Positions 1-9,563 of a DNA stretch of 64,000 nucleotides are shown in pieces. The translations under genes and the position numbers were made by a program. This stretch comes from Candidatus Heimdallarchaeum aukensis (GTDB taxonomy: Archaea; Asgardarchaeota; Heimdallarchaeia; Heimdallarchaeales; Heimdallarchaeaceae). The stretch covers positions 992,001 to 1,056,000 of the forward strand of contig CP084166.1 in assembly GCA_021513695.1 (NCBI GenBank). The letters run 5' to 3'. Position 1 is the stretch's first letter, and each line of letters opens with the position of its first letter. The notes beneath the pieces are model-generated. The model was not told the DNA's origin. It worked only from the letters and a program-made list of their open reading frames with translations, and did not search any database.

Positions 1-1
1 A

Positions 2-646
2 GATGTAAAGGGTCTTTCAATCTTAGATGCTGGATGTGGAAATGGATATTTAGCTAGAAAACTAGCAAAGCTAGGAGCTAAGGTTACTGGAGTAGATTTT
101 TCAAAGAATTTTATTGATTATTGCAAAAGTAGAGAAGAGCAAGAGAAACTAGGATGCAAATTCTTTACTGCTTCGTTAGATGATTTGAGTATTTTTGATG
201 AAGAGAGTTTCGATCTAGTTGTATCAAATATAGTTTTTATCGATGTAAAAAACTATGAACAATCCTTTTCAGAGATCAGCAGAGTATTAAAACAAAATGG
301 AAGGTTTATCTGGTCAAATCTTCATCCATGTTTTGGAAGAATAAACCAATTTAACATGAAATTACCTTTTGATAATCCGAGAAATGAAGATAAAATAATT
401 ATTTTTGACCGTTATTTCGATTCTAGAGCTAAACTTATCTCGTGGGGAAAAATAAAACCTATTTGGCAATTTGAAAGAACTTTGACAGAGTATTCTAAGG
501 CTTTAAAAAATGCAGGATTTGTAATAACAGAAATAGTAGAACCTAAACCAGAAATAGAAAAAATACAGAAACACCCAAAATTTCTAGCTTTTGAATATGA
601 GAGAGCTCCAACTTTTATAATCTTTGAATGTCAAAAAATTAAATAA
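2..646 (+). CDS. Class I SAM-dependent methyltransferase (5' end outside window)
   Basis: The frame of ORF 185..646 stays open back to nt 2. The upstream part translates DVKGLSILDAGCGNGYLARKLAKLGAKVTGVDFS, which is SAM-binding motif I (LDxGCGxG) plus the acidic motif II residue. Downstream FDLVVSNIVF fits motif IV. Confidence 0.8.
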   Translation, partial: DVKGLSILDAGCGNGYLARKLAKLGAKVTGVDFSKNFIDYCKSREEQEKLGCKFFTASLDDLSIFDEESFDLVVSNIVFIDVKNYEQSFSEISRVLKQNGRFIWSNLHPCFGRINQFNMKLPFDNPRNEDKIIIFDRYFDSRAKLISWGKIKPIWQFERTLTEYSKALKNAGFVITEIVEPKPEIEKIQKHPKFLAFEYERAPTFIIFECQKIK

Positions 647-807
647 TCTTAAAACAAAGTCTTTTTTCATTTTTTTAACAGTAACTTACAACTAAATCAG
701 ATATTTTCTTCAAAATGTCCTGTGTTGCACTCTGTTTCGTTATTAGTTAAACTATTGGCGGAAAAAGGTAAAAGTAACATTAAAAAAAGTTAAACATACG
801 ATAGAAA

Positions 808-1065
808 ATGAATATGAAAATGAAAATTGTAGAATGGAAATGGACTATACTTTCTGTTTTAATTACAACAATTTCCTTAATTTTAACAATAGTTTACGGC
901 TTTCCATTTTTATTTCTAATGATTTTTCCTCCCCTATTCTTAGGAAGAAAAAAATGGAAATTTTACGAAGAAGAACTAGTTGGGCAATACTGTGAGAATT
1001 GTGGATACCAATACCAAGGTTTTGAACAATACTGCCCTATATGTGGTTTTAAGAAAAATAAATGA
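808..1065 (+). CDS. Small membrane protein with C-terminal zinc ribbon
   Basis: One or two hydrophobic helices (ILSVLITTISLILTIVYGFPFLFLMIFPPLFL) followed by CENCG...CPICG (CxxC-x13-CxxC). Confidence 0.5.
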   Translation: MNMKMKIVEWKWTILSVLITTISLILTIVYGFPFLFLMIFPPLFLGRKKWKFYEEELVGQYCENCGYQYQGFEQYCPICGFKKNK

Positions 1066-1085
1066 ATAAAAAAAAGAAGGGAGAA

Positions 1086-2231
1086 TTAAAGAATTTGTGT
1101 AATGTTTTTTTCTACCCATTCAATAGGTTGATCGAACACTTCTTCTTTTCCTGCTTTCCATGATTTTGTTTCTGTATCAAAGTTTTTGTGATAAAACCAA
1201 TAGAGCATACTGTGGATATGATCCAGATGGTAATACTCAAGTTTGTCACATATCCCCCATAATAGATTGCTAAAAGCAGATGTATATACGGGAGGTAAAT
1301 TAAGTCTCCATAAAAACCCATCTTCTAGAAGAACAAATCCTGAATCAAAGGGAACCGGTGAATCATGAAGTAATTTGTAAAGTTTAAACTTGACTTCATC
1401 TGAACAATAAGCTCTAAACATTATTAGATCAACAAATTGAACTTTAGCTCTCCTATAGCCTAATCTGTATTCTTTGATTACATTATCGTTGAGAAATTTT
1501 ATTCTGCGAGTAATTGTAGCAGGAGAAACAGAAAATTTATTTGCTAATTCAATTTTTGAAAATTCTCTAGCATCCTTTGTTAACTGACGTAGTAATAAAA
1601 GGTCGATTTCAGTTAGTTTTTCCATCACATTTTTACATTGGTGAGGTTGATAGTTGTTTTCAAAAGACATGGTTAAGAAGTGCTTAAACCAAGAACCTAG
1701 GTTTATTTTTCCATCTTCAATTTGCCAGACCCATTCTCCTTTGTCATTGTCATAAAAAGTGAAATCAGGAAAATTGCTGTGGTGATAATCTAGTGAAGGA
1801 AGAGTATTGAAGCTGTCAATTATATTGAGTTTCATTAGTTCTGTAAAAAGATCTTCCAAATATCTGTATGCAGACTGAGGAATGTTGAATTGCAAAAAAA
1901 GTCCTTGTCTACTACCAATAACCCTGTTTCTGTAACTTGTGAAATTATGAAAATCGGCAAGTTTTTCCAAGAATTTTATATTAGATAATTTATTTGATTC
2001 GACAAAAACACTGTAGGTTTTAAGACCTATTGAATCCACACAAATTCTGGCTTGAACACTTTCTAACCCAGCTTTATTTCCAACTTTTTTACCAATATAC
2101 CCTTCAGAGACTAAAATATTATAATGTGCTTTAGCTGTTTTATCTGTAATTCCTAATGCACTAGCTATTTCAGTGAAACTAGCTAATGGATTCTTCTGTA
2201 AATACTGAAATTCTTTGAAGTACGGAATCAT
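1086..2231 (-). CDS. Transcriptional regulator with two winged-HTH-like segments
   Basis: N-terminal SFTEIASALGITDKTAKAHYNILVSEGYI and internal FSKIELANKFSVSPATITRRIKFLNDNVI both look like Lrp/AsnC- or TrmB-style HTH units. The ORF is 381 aa. The internal antisense ORF 1112..1321 is ignored. Confidence 0.55.
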   Translation of the reverse strand: MIPYFKEFQYLQKNPLASFTEIASALGITDKTAKAHYNILVSEGYIGKKVGNKAGLESVQARICVDSIGLKTYSVFVESNKLSNIKFLEKLADFHNFTSYRNRVIGSRQGLFLQFNIPQSAYRYLEDLFTELMKLNIIDSFNTLPSLDYHHSNFPDFTFYDNDKGEWVWQIEDGKINLGSWFKHFLTMSFENNYQPHQCKNVMEKLTEIDLLLLRQLTKDAREFSKIELANKFSVSPATITRRIKFLNDNVIKEYRLGYRRAKVQFVDLIMFRAYCSDEVKFKLYKLLHDSPVPFDSGFVLLEDGFLWRLNLPPVYTSAFSNLLWGICDKLEYYHLDHIHSMLYWFYHKNFDTETKSWKAGKEEVFDQPIEWVEKNITQIL

Positions 2232-2281
2232 CTATTTTGTCTCCTAACAAGGTTAATAATAAAGTTGAGAAAAATTAATTT

Positions 2282-2740
2282 TTAAATAACTCTTATACCA
2301 ACGTATGGATCTCCTTCACTTCCTCCAGGGGGGTCAAAAATCATTATGTCAGTTACCGATAACCATCCATTGTTATTGGTTATGATAGAAGCTTCAACTA
2401 TATAGTCTCCAGAAACAGTAGCATGATTATAGAAAATAACTTCAAATCTTAATGATTTCAAGGAAGTAAATACGTGATACATAACTGTACTTTCTTCATT
2501 AATGGGGTTAGTTAGCGTCACTACTAAATAGTATTTTTCAGTGGTTGAACTTGTATCTACATTAACTGTTAAGTAAGTATAAATGTCAGTATCGATATAA
2601 TACGCGTCATCAATTATAATTTCATGTACATCAACAGAAAGTGTTCTCACAGATGCTGCATCTACTGCAGCGATTTGAGAAATAAAAAATAAACTAGAGA
2701 TCAAAAGCAAATATGAGAGCAATTTATATTTACTATTCAT
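2282..2740 (-). CDS. Secreted protein of unknown function
   Basis: N-terminal signal-like segment MNSKYKLLSYLLLISSLFFISQIAAVDA followed by a beta-rich sequence. It is co-oriented with the caspase-like gene upstream of it on the minus strand. Confidence 0.5.
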   Translation of the reverse strand: MNSKYKLLSYLLLISSLFFISQIAAVDAASVRTLSVDVHEIIIDDAYYIDTDIYTYLTVNVDTSSTTEKYYLVVTLTNPINEESTVMYHVFTSLKSLRFEVIFYNHATVSGDYIVEASIITNNNGWLSVTDIMIFDPPGGSEGDPYVGIRVI

Positions 2741-2824
2741 ATGAAAAAGAAAGTTTTTTATTATAAAAATTTTTCCGAAAAATTTACTTTCAATTGAATA
2801 AGAAAAAAAGAAATTTCTATCTCG

Positions 2825-3625
2825 TTAGAGATAGAAGAAAACTCCGGTATCGCCATCAAATTCTTGAGGTGTATCTCCACCGTCATAAGGATAAACGGAT
2901 AGAGCACTATCAAAAGTCTCTTCCATTGAAGCTGAACCACCATATATTCCAATAAGAGTGTATTCTAAGAAGTAATAGGTCCAAGCTCCATTTTGATGAG
3001 TAGGATCATCATATCCGTATCCATCGTCGGTGCAGGTTGTGGTCATATACACCTTAGCAGCATTAGCGTTTTCCATAACTTCATTCATACCGCCACTGAA
3101 GCAGTGATCAAGGAAAATGAAGGTGTTACTTACAGATGGGGCCATCATATCTTTAAGTTCTGAGTCATAAATTAGACCATCTTCTCCATTTTGACCAGCA
3201 CTTGTGTCCCACATGCATAATGCTTGAACATAGACACGAGTCCATCTGCTTCTTCCACCAATGTTGACCTCTGTTCCATGACCTGAACTTATGAATGCTA
3301 CGATATCGTTTTCGTCAGCTTGTGCAAGTATGTTTGCCCAAGCAGTTTTTACGTTATATTCTGTGGCTAATCCATCATATTGTGGATAATTTGCAGGATT
3401 GCTATCTCCTAATAATACTATTTGATAGCCTAATCCATTTAAGTAATTATACCAATCGGTAGCATCTTCATCGCAGTATGATAAGTCGCTAATTACGTCA
3501 TAGTCGCTTATACCGATAATAAGAGCATATTTGTCAACAGGATCAACTACAGCTTTTGCTGCTGTTATTGATGTAAACAATACCATCAAACCGATAAAAC
3601 CCATAAGGATTGTTTTTCTTTTCAT
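2825..3625 (-). CDS. Secreted caspase-like (peptidase C14 / metacaspase-orthocaspase type) protein
   Basis: Signal peptide MKRKTILMGFIGLMVLFTSITAAKA. The His-Cys dyad contexts FISSGHGTE and FLDHCFSGGM match the metacaspase consensus (SGHG ... D-C-x-SG). Confidence 0.7.
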   Translation of the reverse strand: MKRKTILMGFIGLMVLFTSITAAKAVVDPVDKYALIIGISDYDVISDLSYCDEDATDWYNYLNGLGYQIVLLGDSNPANYPQYDGLATEYNVKTAWANILAQADENDIVAFISSGHGTEVNIGGRSRWTRVYVQALCMWDTSAGQNGEDGLIYDSELKDMMAPSVSNTFIFLDHCFSGGMNEVMENANAAKVYMTTTCTDDGYGYDDPTHQNGAWTYYFLEYTLIGIYGGSASMEETFDSALSVYPYDGGDTPQEFDGDTGVFFYL

Positions 3626-4000
3626 TTGTTATCACTTGGGTTAAACCCAATTAAATTCGATTTTTTTAATTAATAAAGGTTATGAAAAAAATCAGAAAAA
3701 GCAAATTAAAAATTCCGAAAAATATTATATATCTTTCTTTTTTCAATATTCTGAAGAAAATAATAAAAAAAGGTAAAGTAAGGCAAAAAAATAGAAAAAA
3801 GAAGGAAAAGTGATGTCAGAAAAAACAGAAATTAACAAATTTACATAGAAATTTTCTTATTTAGTGTAAGTAATGCAAATGAGAATTGAAATGAAACGAA
3901 GTTAAATTGTTAAATTAGCTTAAAGAACATATTTGTAAATTAATGAAGAAAGGTGTATCCGAAAAATAAAACTTTTGAAATAGTGCAAAAACGTACAGAT

Positions 4001-4013
4001 AAACTATTTAAAC
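4001..4013 (+). promoter_or_regulatory. BRE/TATA-like box (aaactatttaaac) about 25 nt upstream of ATG 4034
   Basis: It matches the recurrent window motif AAAC-N-TTTAAAT. The spacing implies a leaderless or very short-leader mRNA. Confidence 0.4.
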
Positions 4014-4033
4014 AGATTTTTTAATATTAATTT

Positions 4034-4765
4034 ATGTCTCATAATTTTCAGTTTTTAACTTGGGAAGATGTAAAGAATCTAGATAAAGAGAAAACAGTTA
4101 TACTTCTTCCTTTAGGAAGCATTGAACAACATGGACCTCAAAATCCTATAGGGACTGATTATCTTATTTCTTCATATATTGCAGAAAAGTCTTCAGAAAA
4201 AAACCCGATGGCTTACTGTTTACCTCCAATACCTGTAGGTGTTTCTTCACATCACCGTAACTTTCCTGGAACTTTATGGTTCAGTCCAGAAGTGTTTAGA
4301 TCTATAATTAAAGAAATATTTCTGGCTCTTAAACACCACGGATTCAAGAAAATTATCGTTGTAAATGGACATGGAGGAAATACTGCTTCAATAATGGAAG
4401 TTATTGGAGAATTTAATGATAAACATGATTTTGTCTCCCTATTGTTTGAGTGGTGGAAAGATGAAAAGATATTAGAAGAAGTTATAGGTCATTCACAAGT
4501 TATCCATGCAGATGAGGTAGAAACTTCTGTAATCTGGGCTGTTAATGAGGAATACGTGAAGAAAGAGAAATTTGAAAATTTGACTTCATCTCCAAAGTGG
4601 GGAAGATATATTGGTGATCTATTTCTTTCTTCTCGGACAGACCAATTCACAGAGAGTGGTATTGCTGGGGCTTTAAATAACATTTCTCGTGAGAATGGTT
4701 TGAAAATATTAGAAGAATGTATAAAGAAACTTGATAGACACATTGATCTTTTAAGTAAGTACTAA
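4034..4765 (+). CDS. Creatininase-family amidohydrolase
   Basis: LPLGSIEQHGPQNPIGTDY matches the family signature (EQHGPHLPLGTD). VVNGHGGN and HADEVETS metal-ligand motifs are present. Confidence 0.8.
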   Translation: MSHNFQFLTWEDVKNLDKEKTVILLPLGSIEQHGPQNPIGTDYLISSYIAEKSSEKNPMAYCLPPIPVGVSSHHRNFPGTLWFSPEVFRSIIKEIFLALKHHGFKKIIVVNGHGGNTASIMEVIGEFNDKHDFVSLLFEWWKDEKILEEVIGHSQVIHADEVETSVIWAVNEEYVKKEKFENLTSSPKWGRYIGDLFLSSRTDQFTESGIAGALNNISRENGLKILEECIKKLDRHIDLLSKY

Positions 4766-4907
4766 TTTTTTACTTTTTTTTAAAGGTAAATAGGATGATT
4801 CTCTTTTTCCGAAATTCGAAATTATAGGAAAAGGGGAAAAAAGAAGAGAAGAGGAAAAAAAGAAGAAGAAAGGAGAGGGGAGGAGAGAAGAGGAGTGGAG
4901 TGAAGAT

Positions 4908-4936
4908 GAGGGTTTTAAATAGGGAAAAAAAGTAAG
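4908..4936 (+). promoter_or_regulatory. IS-borne promoter block gagggttttaaatagggaaaaaaagtaag
   Basis: It contains the TATA-like ttttaaata about 30 nt upstream of ATG 4951. A near-identical block (gaggggtttttatagggaaaaaaagtag) sits upstream of the second tnpB on the minus strand. Confidence 0.45.
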
Positions 4937-4950
4937 ATAAATGAAAAAAA

Positions 4951-6208
4951 ATGAGGAAAAAGGTGTGGCGAACTGAGGAAATATGGGTGAAAGATTCGAT
5001 CACTCTAAAACAGTTAGCACACAAGGTAAAAAACTTGTATAATCAAGCAAATTACATTATTAAGTATCAGTTAAGAAGAAGTAAATATTTCACAAAAGAG
5101 TTTGAACTAATGAATATTTTAAGGTATCACCCCGACTTACACAGCTTTACCTGGTCATACGGCACAACAGACGATAAAGTTTCTATGTTTAGCGTGGAAA
5201 GGGTATTTTAGGTCTTTAGAAGAATGGAAAAAGGAACCAGAAAAGTTTAACGGTAAACCTCGTCCTCCAAGATATAAGAAGAAAGAGGGACTAGGTATAA
5301 TCTATTTTACTAACTCTCAAGTGAAAATTAAAGAAGAAAAAGAAAAAGAAAAGAAAAGTAAAGGTAAATTCTTTATCTCTTTTCCTAAACGTGTAGGACT
5401 AAAGATAGTTACAAGACTCGACCCTTCAACTAAAGTGAAGTTTGCCCGGCTCATACCTATGGGAACGAAGTTTAAATTAGAGATAGTTTACGAGAAAGAG
5501 ATAGAAGAGCTAAAAGAACGACCAGCAGAAAGAGTTTTAGCTCTTGTTCTGGGAGTGAATAACCTTGTAGCTGGTTTGACCACTATTCCTGGTGAAAAAG
5601 GCTTCCTGATAAATGGTCGGCCCATTAAAGCTGTTAATCAGTGGTTCAACAAACGTAAAGCAAAATTACAGTCAATCTATGACAGACAAGGGTTAACCAC
5701 TTGGGGAAGAAAAATGCTCACCCTCCAGTTAGAGCGAATGTGTAAAATAGCTGACTATTTCCATAAAGCAAGTAGAAAAATAGTAGACTACTGTTTAGAA
5801 AAAAACATTGATACAATAGTTATAGGTTATAACCCCCGATGGAAACAGAAGGTTGATATGGGTAAAAAAAATAACCAAAACTTCGTTTTTATCCCCTTCA
5901 AAACCCTCATTGATAAAATCACTTACAAAGCAGAAGAAAAAGGAATAAAAGTTATTCCTACCAAAGAATATTACACTTCTGTCTGCAGTTTCTTGGATAA
6001 TGAAGAGATAGCTTTTCACACTCATTATGCTGGTAAAAGGATCCACCGTGGACTGTTTATCAGTGCCCAAGGATTAAGAATTAACGCTGATATCAACTCT
6101 GCAGGTAATATCGGTCGCAAAGTATTCCCCACGTTATTCTCTGTTATGTCTAACTACGGGATAGTCTGGGGTGCCGTGGTTCACCCTGTCCGTTGGAAAA
6201 TAAGTTAG
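4951..6208 (+). pseudogene. tnpB: TnpB (OrfB) RNA-guided-nuclease-like gene, frameshifted and with the RuvC-I Asp replaced
   Basis: ORFs 4951..5211 (frame 1) and 5123/5321..6208 (frame 2) are two parts of one TnpB. Removing one T from ttt at 5146-5148 gives ...RYHPDLHSLPGHTAQQTIKFL..., the typical LPxxxAQQ segment. The later part carries KEYYTS (RuvC-II Glu) and INADINSAGNI (RuvC-III Asp). The RuvC-I site reads LALVLGVNN where GIDLGVNN is expected. Confidence 0.75.
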
Positions 6209-6282
6209 CAAGTTAAGTTAGTCCAGCTCTTACGCTGTTCTTTCTCTTTCTTTATTTTTCGACCGACTAAACTTACTACTTC

Positions 6283-6307
6283 TTCCGATTTTTAATCAAA
6301 ATCGGAA
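6283..6307. repeat. Perfect 10-bp stem / 5-nt loop hairpin at the 3' end of IS copy 1
   Basis: ttccgatttt-taatc-aaaatcggaa. This may be a subterminal IS200/IS605-type hairpin, the 3' stem of a guide-RNA scaffold, or a terminator. Confidence 0.5.
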
Positions 6308-6375
6308 TTTGGGAAAAGGTAAACCATAAAACTTAAAACACCCTTTTTTTTGCTTGCTTATCTTAAGGTGTTTAA

Positions 6376-7662
6376 ATGACTGAACAGTTGGATCTCTCTT
6401 TGGTATATACTCCTAAAGAACAATATCTTACTCTAATTGGGGTAGTTATGGCTTGGATGTTTGATGCAGCAGATTTTTTGCTGTTGACATTCTTAATTAT
6501 ACAAATTGGAGAAGATTTTGGGATAGACTCTCATACAAAGAGCTGGTTATTAGGATTGCAGTTACTGGGTACAGGATTAGGAGGATTACTTTTTGGTTAC
6601 TTAGGTGATATTTTAGGAAGAAAAAGAACTTTGATTTTTGTTATTAGTATATATAGTATTTGTACAGCAGCAACAGCTTTCGTATGGACTATTGAAGCTT
6701 TATTTGTAGTTCGGATATTAACTGGATTTGGTGTAGGAGGAGTATGGGCTTTAGGTTCAAGTCTTATTTCAGAAATATGGCCAAAAGAAAAAAGAAATGT
6801 AGGAATAGCAATAACACAAGCAGGATGGCCTTTAGGTGAACTGATCGCTGCTTTAATTGTATCATTTATTGTTCCAGTTTTTGATGCTTCACATGTTGTT
6901 GTAGGCTCAAAAGTATTGCATGGATGGAGAATGGCTTTTCTCTTTGGGGGTTTAGCACTTTTTAGTGCATTATTTATTCACCTTTTTGTTCCAGAATCAA
7001 AGGGGTGGAAGAAAAAACAATCCTTAAAATTGAAAGACAGAGGAGAAAATAATCTAGAAATAAGAGTTTTCAGGGAACTTTTCTCTAAAAGATTGTTCAA
7101 AACGTTTCTTTTAGGTTTATTATTTGGTATTACTGGAATGATGACTTTCTATTCAATAAATTCATGGCTACCTGAATATTTCCAAAGAAATGGTTTAAAA
7201 CTGAAAGATTCTGCTTTAATGATCGGTTTATTTTGGGGAACCTCTGGATATATTGGACATGTGCTTTTTGGATTTATATCAAATAAAATAGGTAGAAAAC
7301 CTACTTTTATTGGTTATACTTCTTTGGTTGTATCTTCTGGAATCATAATGTATCTCTGGGTAACTGAAACATGGGCAAAATATTTAGGTTTGGCCTTATT
7401 TACATTTGGTTGTGGATACTTCTCAAGTTTTGGTGCAGTGTTCAGCGAGATTTATCCAACTGAGGTGAGAAGCACAGCTTCATCAATCTCATATAATGGA
7501 GCTAGAGGTTTTTCATTAGTTGCACCTCCATTGGTCATTTGGGTAGGAGACGTCTTTAATAACATGGGTGCAGGCTTAATGGTTGGTGGATTCTTTGTTA
7601 TTTTAAGTTCTATAATATTGTTCTTTCTTCCAACAAAAGAAGGACAAGATATTATAGACTAA
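6376..7662 (+). CDS. MFS transporter
   Basis: About 12 predicted TM helices. The loop 2-3 motif GYLGDILGRKRTL matches the MFS signature (G-x-L-x-D-x-x-GR-K/R). Confidence 0.8.
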   Translation: MTEQLDLSLVYTPKEQYLTLIGVVMAWMFDAADFLLLTFLIIQIGEDFGIDSHTKSWLLGLQLLGTGLGGLLFGYLGDILGRKRTLIFVISIYSICTAATAFVWTIEALFVVRILTGFGVGGVWALGSSLISEIWPKEKRNVGIAITQAGWPLGELIAALIVSFIVPVFDASHVVVGSKVLHGWRMAFLFGGLALFSALFIHLFVPESKGWKKKQSLKLKDRGENNLEIRVFRELFSKRLFKTFLLGLLFGITGMMTFYSINSWLPEYFQRNGLKLKDSALMIGLFWGTSGYIGHVLFGFISNKIGRKPTFIGYTSLVVSSGIIMYLWVTETWAKYLGLALFTFGCGYFSSFGAVFSEIYPTEVRSTASSISYNGARGFSLVAPPLVIWVGDVFNNMGAGLMVGGFFVILSSIILFFLPTKEGQDIID

Positions 7663-7675
7663 TTTTTTATTTTTT
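7663..7675 (+). terminator. Oligo-T tract (ttttttatttttt) directly after the MFS stop codon
   Basis: Archaeal terminators are typically T-runs, and two T6 runs start 1 nt after the stop. Confidence 0.35.
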
Positions 7676-7826
7676 AAATAACTATTAAGAGACTGTTAGG
7701 AATAATTGTATTAACTTTTTGGCATATTCGTTTAAATAGATTATTTAAGTTCAATTTAATCTCTTTTTCAAAAAACTTTGCTTAATTCAAACGAAAAAAT
7801 TCTTAAATACTTCATAGATTTTAGTC

Positions 7827-9539
7827 TTGTTGAATATGAGTACGCTAGATGAAGTTCCACAAGAATTAATTGAACAAAGATTAAGATATGAAGCATTAGG
7901 ATTAAGTATCAATACAGGAAATAAAATTGCAAGCTGGTTGAAAGTTTTGTATACTTTTTGCTTGATTATACTTTTGCCTACTTTACTATTACTATCTGAT
8001 CCATTAAAGGATAATGTCACATACATGTACCAGGCACTAGGTATTGGATTCAGAATCTTGTTAGCTTCAATGATTATTTATTTTATTTCAAAAATAGCTC
8101 CACTTCTTTATGCAGCTAAAAATGATTATAATAAATTGTTAAGTACAGTAGGCTACAATGACCCTGAAAAAAATACTAAAGATGAGGTTCAATTAGTTAG
8201 AAGGAAGTTTGTTATCGATTACATTTACTTAATATCTTTAATATCTGTTCTTCTAAGCGTGTTTGTAGTTAATAACAGAAACAATATTGCTTTTATTATA
8301 GGTCATGAAGTAATTGTTTTTGTTATTCTTGTTGGATTAATTCTAATTTGGAAATTTTGGTTGTATAAAGATTCTACAAAAGTGCCCTTTTTAGGAGGAC
8401 GGTTACTCGTTTTGTCTTTCATTCCTTTAGTAACCGTTTGGGGAATTGAAATATTTATAGAATTTTTCAGTACTCTATCAAAACCAAGATTTGATTTTAA
8501 CAGGCTACAATTAACTTATTCATTAGTTTATCCAATTGTCTTCATTTTGATATCAGTTGCTGTTTTAATTTCTACAAAGAAAACAAAAAGAGAAAAGCTA
8601 GCATTAAGAAAAGAGAAAGATTATGAAATTACTCGTAAGTCAAAGTTTATTGAAGATAAAAATGTATTAAGCAAAGCCTTTTTCAAAATTGAAACAACAA
8701 TATACAAGATAAAGTCAACTTTTCGAAAAGAAATGGACGAACAGAAACTTGAGAAAAAACTGGATAAAAAACCAAGTTATATACTAGTCCAAAGTATTTG
8801 GATTGCATTGATTCTTTCCTTTATACCTCTTTCAATTCTGATATCATGGAACCTTTTCCCGCATGATGGAATCTTTATGATTGTTTCTGTTATAACAGCA
8901 TATGTTTATTCAATGGTTAAATATCATCGCTATGACATAGATGTAATAGGATATATAGAGAAAAAAGCAGAAAAAGAACCTCCATTACTCAGAAAACCAG
9001 AAATTTCTTCACAACTATTTCAATCTCTCTCATTAGTTAGTGTAGTATTTATTGTAGCAATTATGATCGTAGGACCTATTATTACAAAAGGAGATTACTC
9101 TGGTTTTAACGGAATGATTGTTACTGCATTCTCCTGGATCAGTGTTATTCTTTCGTTTCCTCTTTCTATTAGACTTATGTACTTCTTGAAACAAGGATTT
9201 GATGAAACTAGAAGAAAAGAAGATACTGCACTTCCTCTACAAACTCTTCTACCTATATTAATAATGGAACTTGCATTAGTAATCGGAATGTTTGCAGCAC
9301 ACATTTATGTGCCAAATTTTGGGATACAATTTCTAGCTAACATCTCTTTCTACTTGATTTTATTAATTATATTCTTAGTTCTAGTTATTCCTATTTCATA
9401 CATTCTTGTAGTACCATTTGCAAAAGATGATAAACAATACCAAATTATTACAATAGGTTTCTATGCTTTGCTATTCTGTTCTATTATGGGTTCATTTGTT
9501 TGGTTTATTTTTGATGTTATAATAGGACAATTTTCTTAA
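7827..9539 (+). CDS. Polytopic membrane protein, unknown function
   Basis: 570 aa with many hydrophobic helices and a charged central loop (KKTKREKLALRKEKDYE). The probable true start is ATG 7836 (MSTLDEV). It lies upstream of the ABC transporter pair. Confidence 0.5.
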   Translation: MLNMSTLDEVPQELIEQRLRYEALGLSINTGNKIASWLKVLYTFCLIILLPTLLLLSDPLKDNVTYMYQALGIGFRILLASMIIYFISKIAPLLYAAKNDYNKLLSTVGYNDPEKNTKDEVQLVRRKFVIDYIYLISLISVLLSVFVVNNRNNIAFIIGHEVIVFVILVGLILIWKFWLYKDSTKVPFLGGRLLVLSFIPLVTVWGIEIFIEFFSTLSKPRFDFNRLQLTYSLVYPIVFILISVAVLISTKKTKREKLALRKEKDYEITRKSKFIEDKNVLSKAFFKIETTIYKIKSTFRKEMDEQKLEKKLDKKPSYILVQSIWIALILSFIPLSILISWNLFPHDGIFMIVSVITAYVYSMVKYHRYDIDVIGYIEKKAEKEPPLLRKPEISSQLFQSLSLVSVVFIVAIMIVGPIITKGDYSGFNGMIVTAFSWISVILSFPLSIRLMYFLKQGFDETRRKEDTALPLQTLLPILIMELALVIGMFAAHIYVPNFGIQFLANISFYLILLIIFLVLVIPISYILVVPFAKDDKQYQIITIGFYALLFCSIMGSFVWFIFDVIIGQFS

Positions 9540-9563
9540 CTTTCTCTTTTTTTTGTGATTTGA

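Larger units (their letters stand above)
4791..6323 (+). mobile_element. IS200/IS605-family, tnpB-only (IS1341-like) element, copy 1, decayed; boundaries approximate
   Basis: Purine-rich leader (about 4826-4907), then a TATA-containing block at 4908-4936, then a tnpB-like ORF, then a pyrimidine-rich 3' region ending in a perfect 10-bp hairpin. The leader block is shared with copy 2 at 32872-32899. No tnpA is present. Confidence 0.55.

Noticed and set aside
1112-1321. Antisense or nested ORFs inside longer genes. Examples: 1112..1321, 4489..4743, 5795..6070, 9095..9304, 9917..10255, 13157..13366, 16036..16314, 18151..18405, 29045..29404, 41950..42270, 46434..46652, 57778..58065 and 61048..61308
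   Set aside because: Each lies wholly within a longer ORF on the other strand that has clear family motifs or coherent architecture. Their compositions are typical of antisense reading of AT-rich or repeat-coding DNA.
3639-3653. Palindrome ttgggttaaacccaa just upstream of the caspase-like gene as a regulatory operator
   Set aside because: It is a single short palindrome with no second copy and no adjacent regulator, so it cannot be told apart from chance.
4770-5024. Low-complexity ORFs 4770..5024 (-), 32702..32890 (+), 32832..33059 (-) and 41085..41267 (+)
   Set aside because: They are translations of the homopurine/homopyrimidine IS leaders (poly F/L/S/P or K/R/E). They have no start context and overlap the promoter block.
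4782-6323. 9-bp direct repeat aaaggtaaa (4782-4790 and 6315-6323) as a target-site duplication of IS copy 1
   Set aside because: IS200/IS605-type elements do not make target duplications. A 9-mer of this composition has a fair chance of recurring in two AT-rich flanks. It is kept only as a rough boundary guide.
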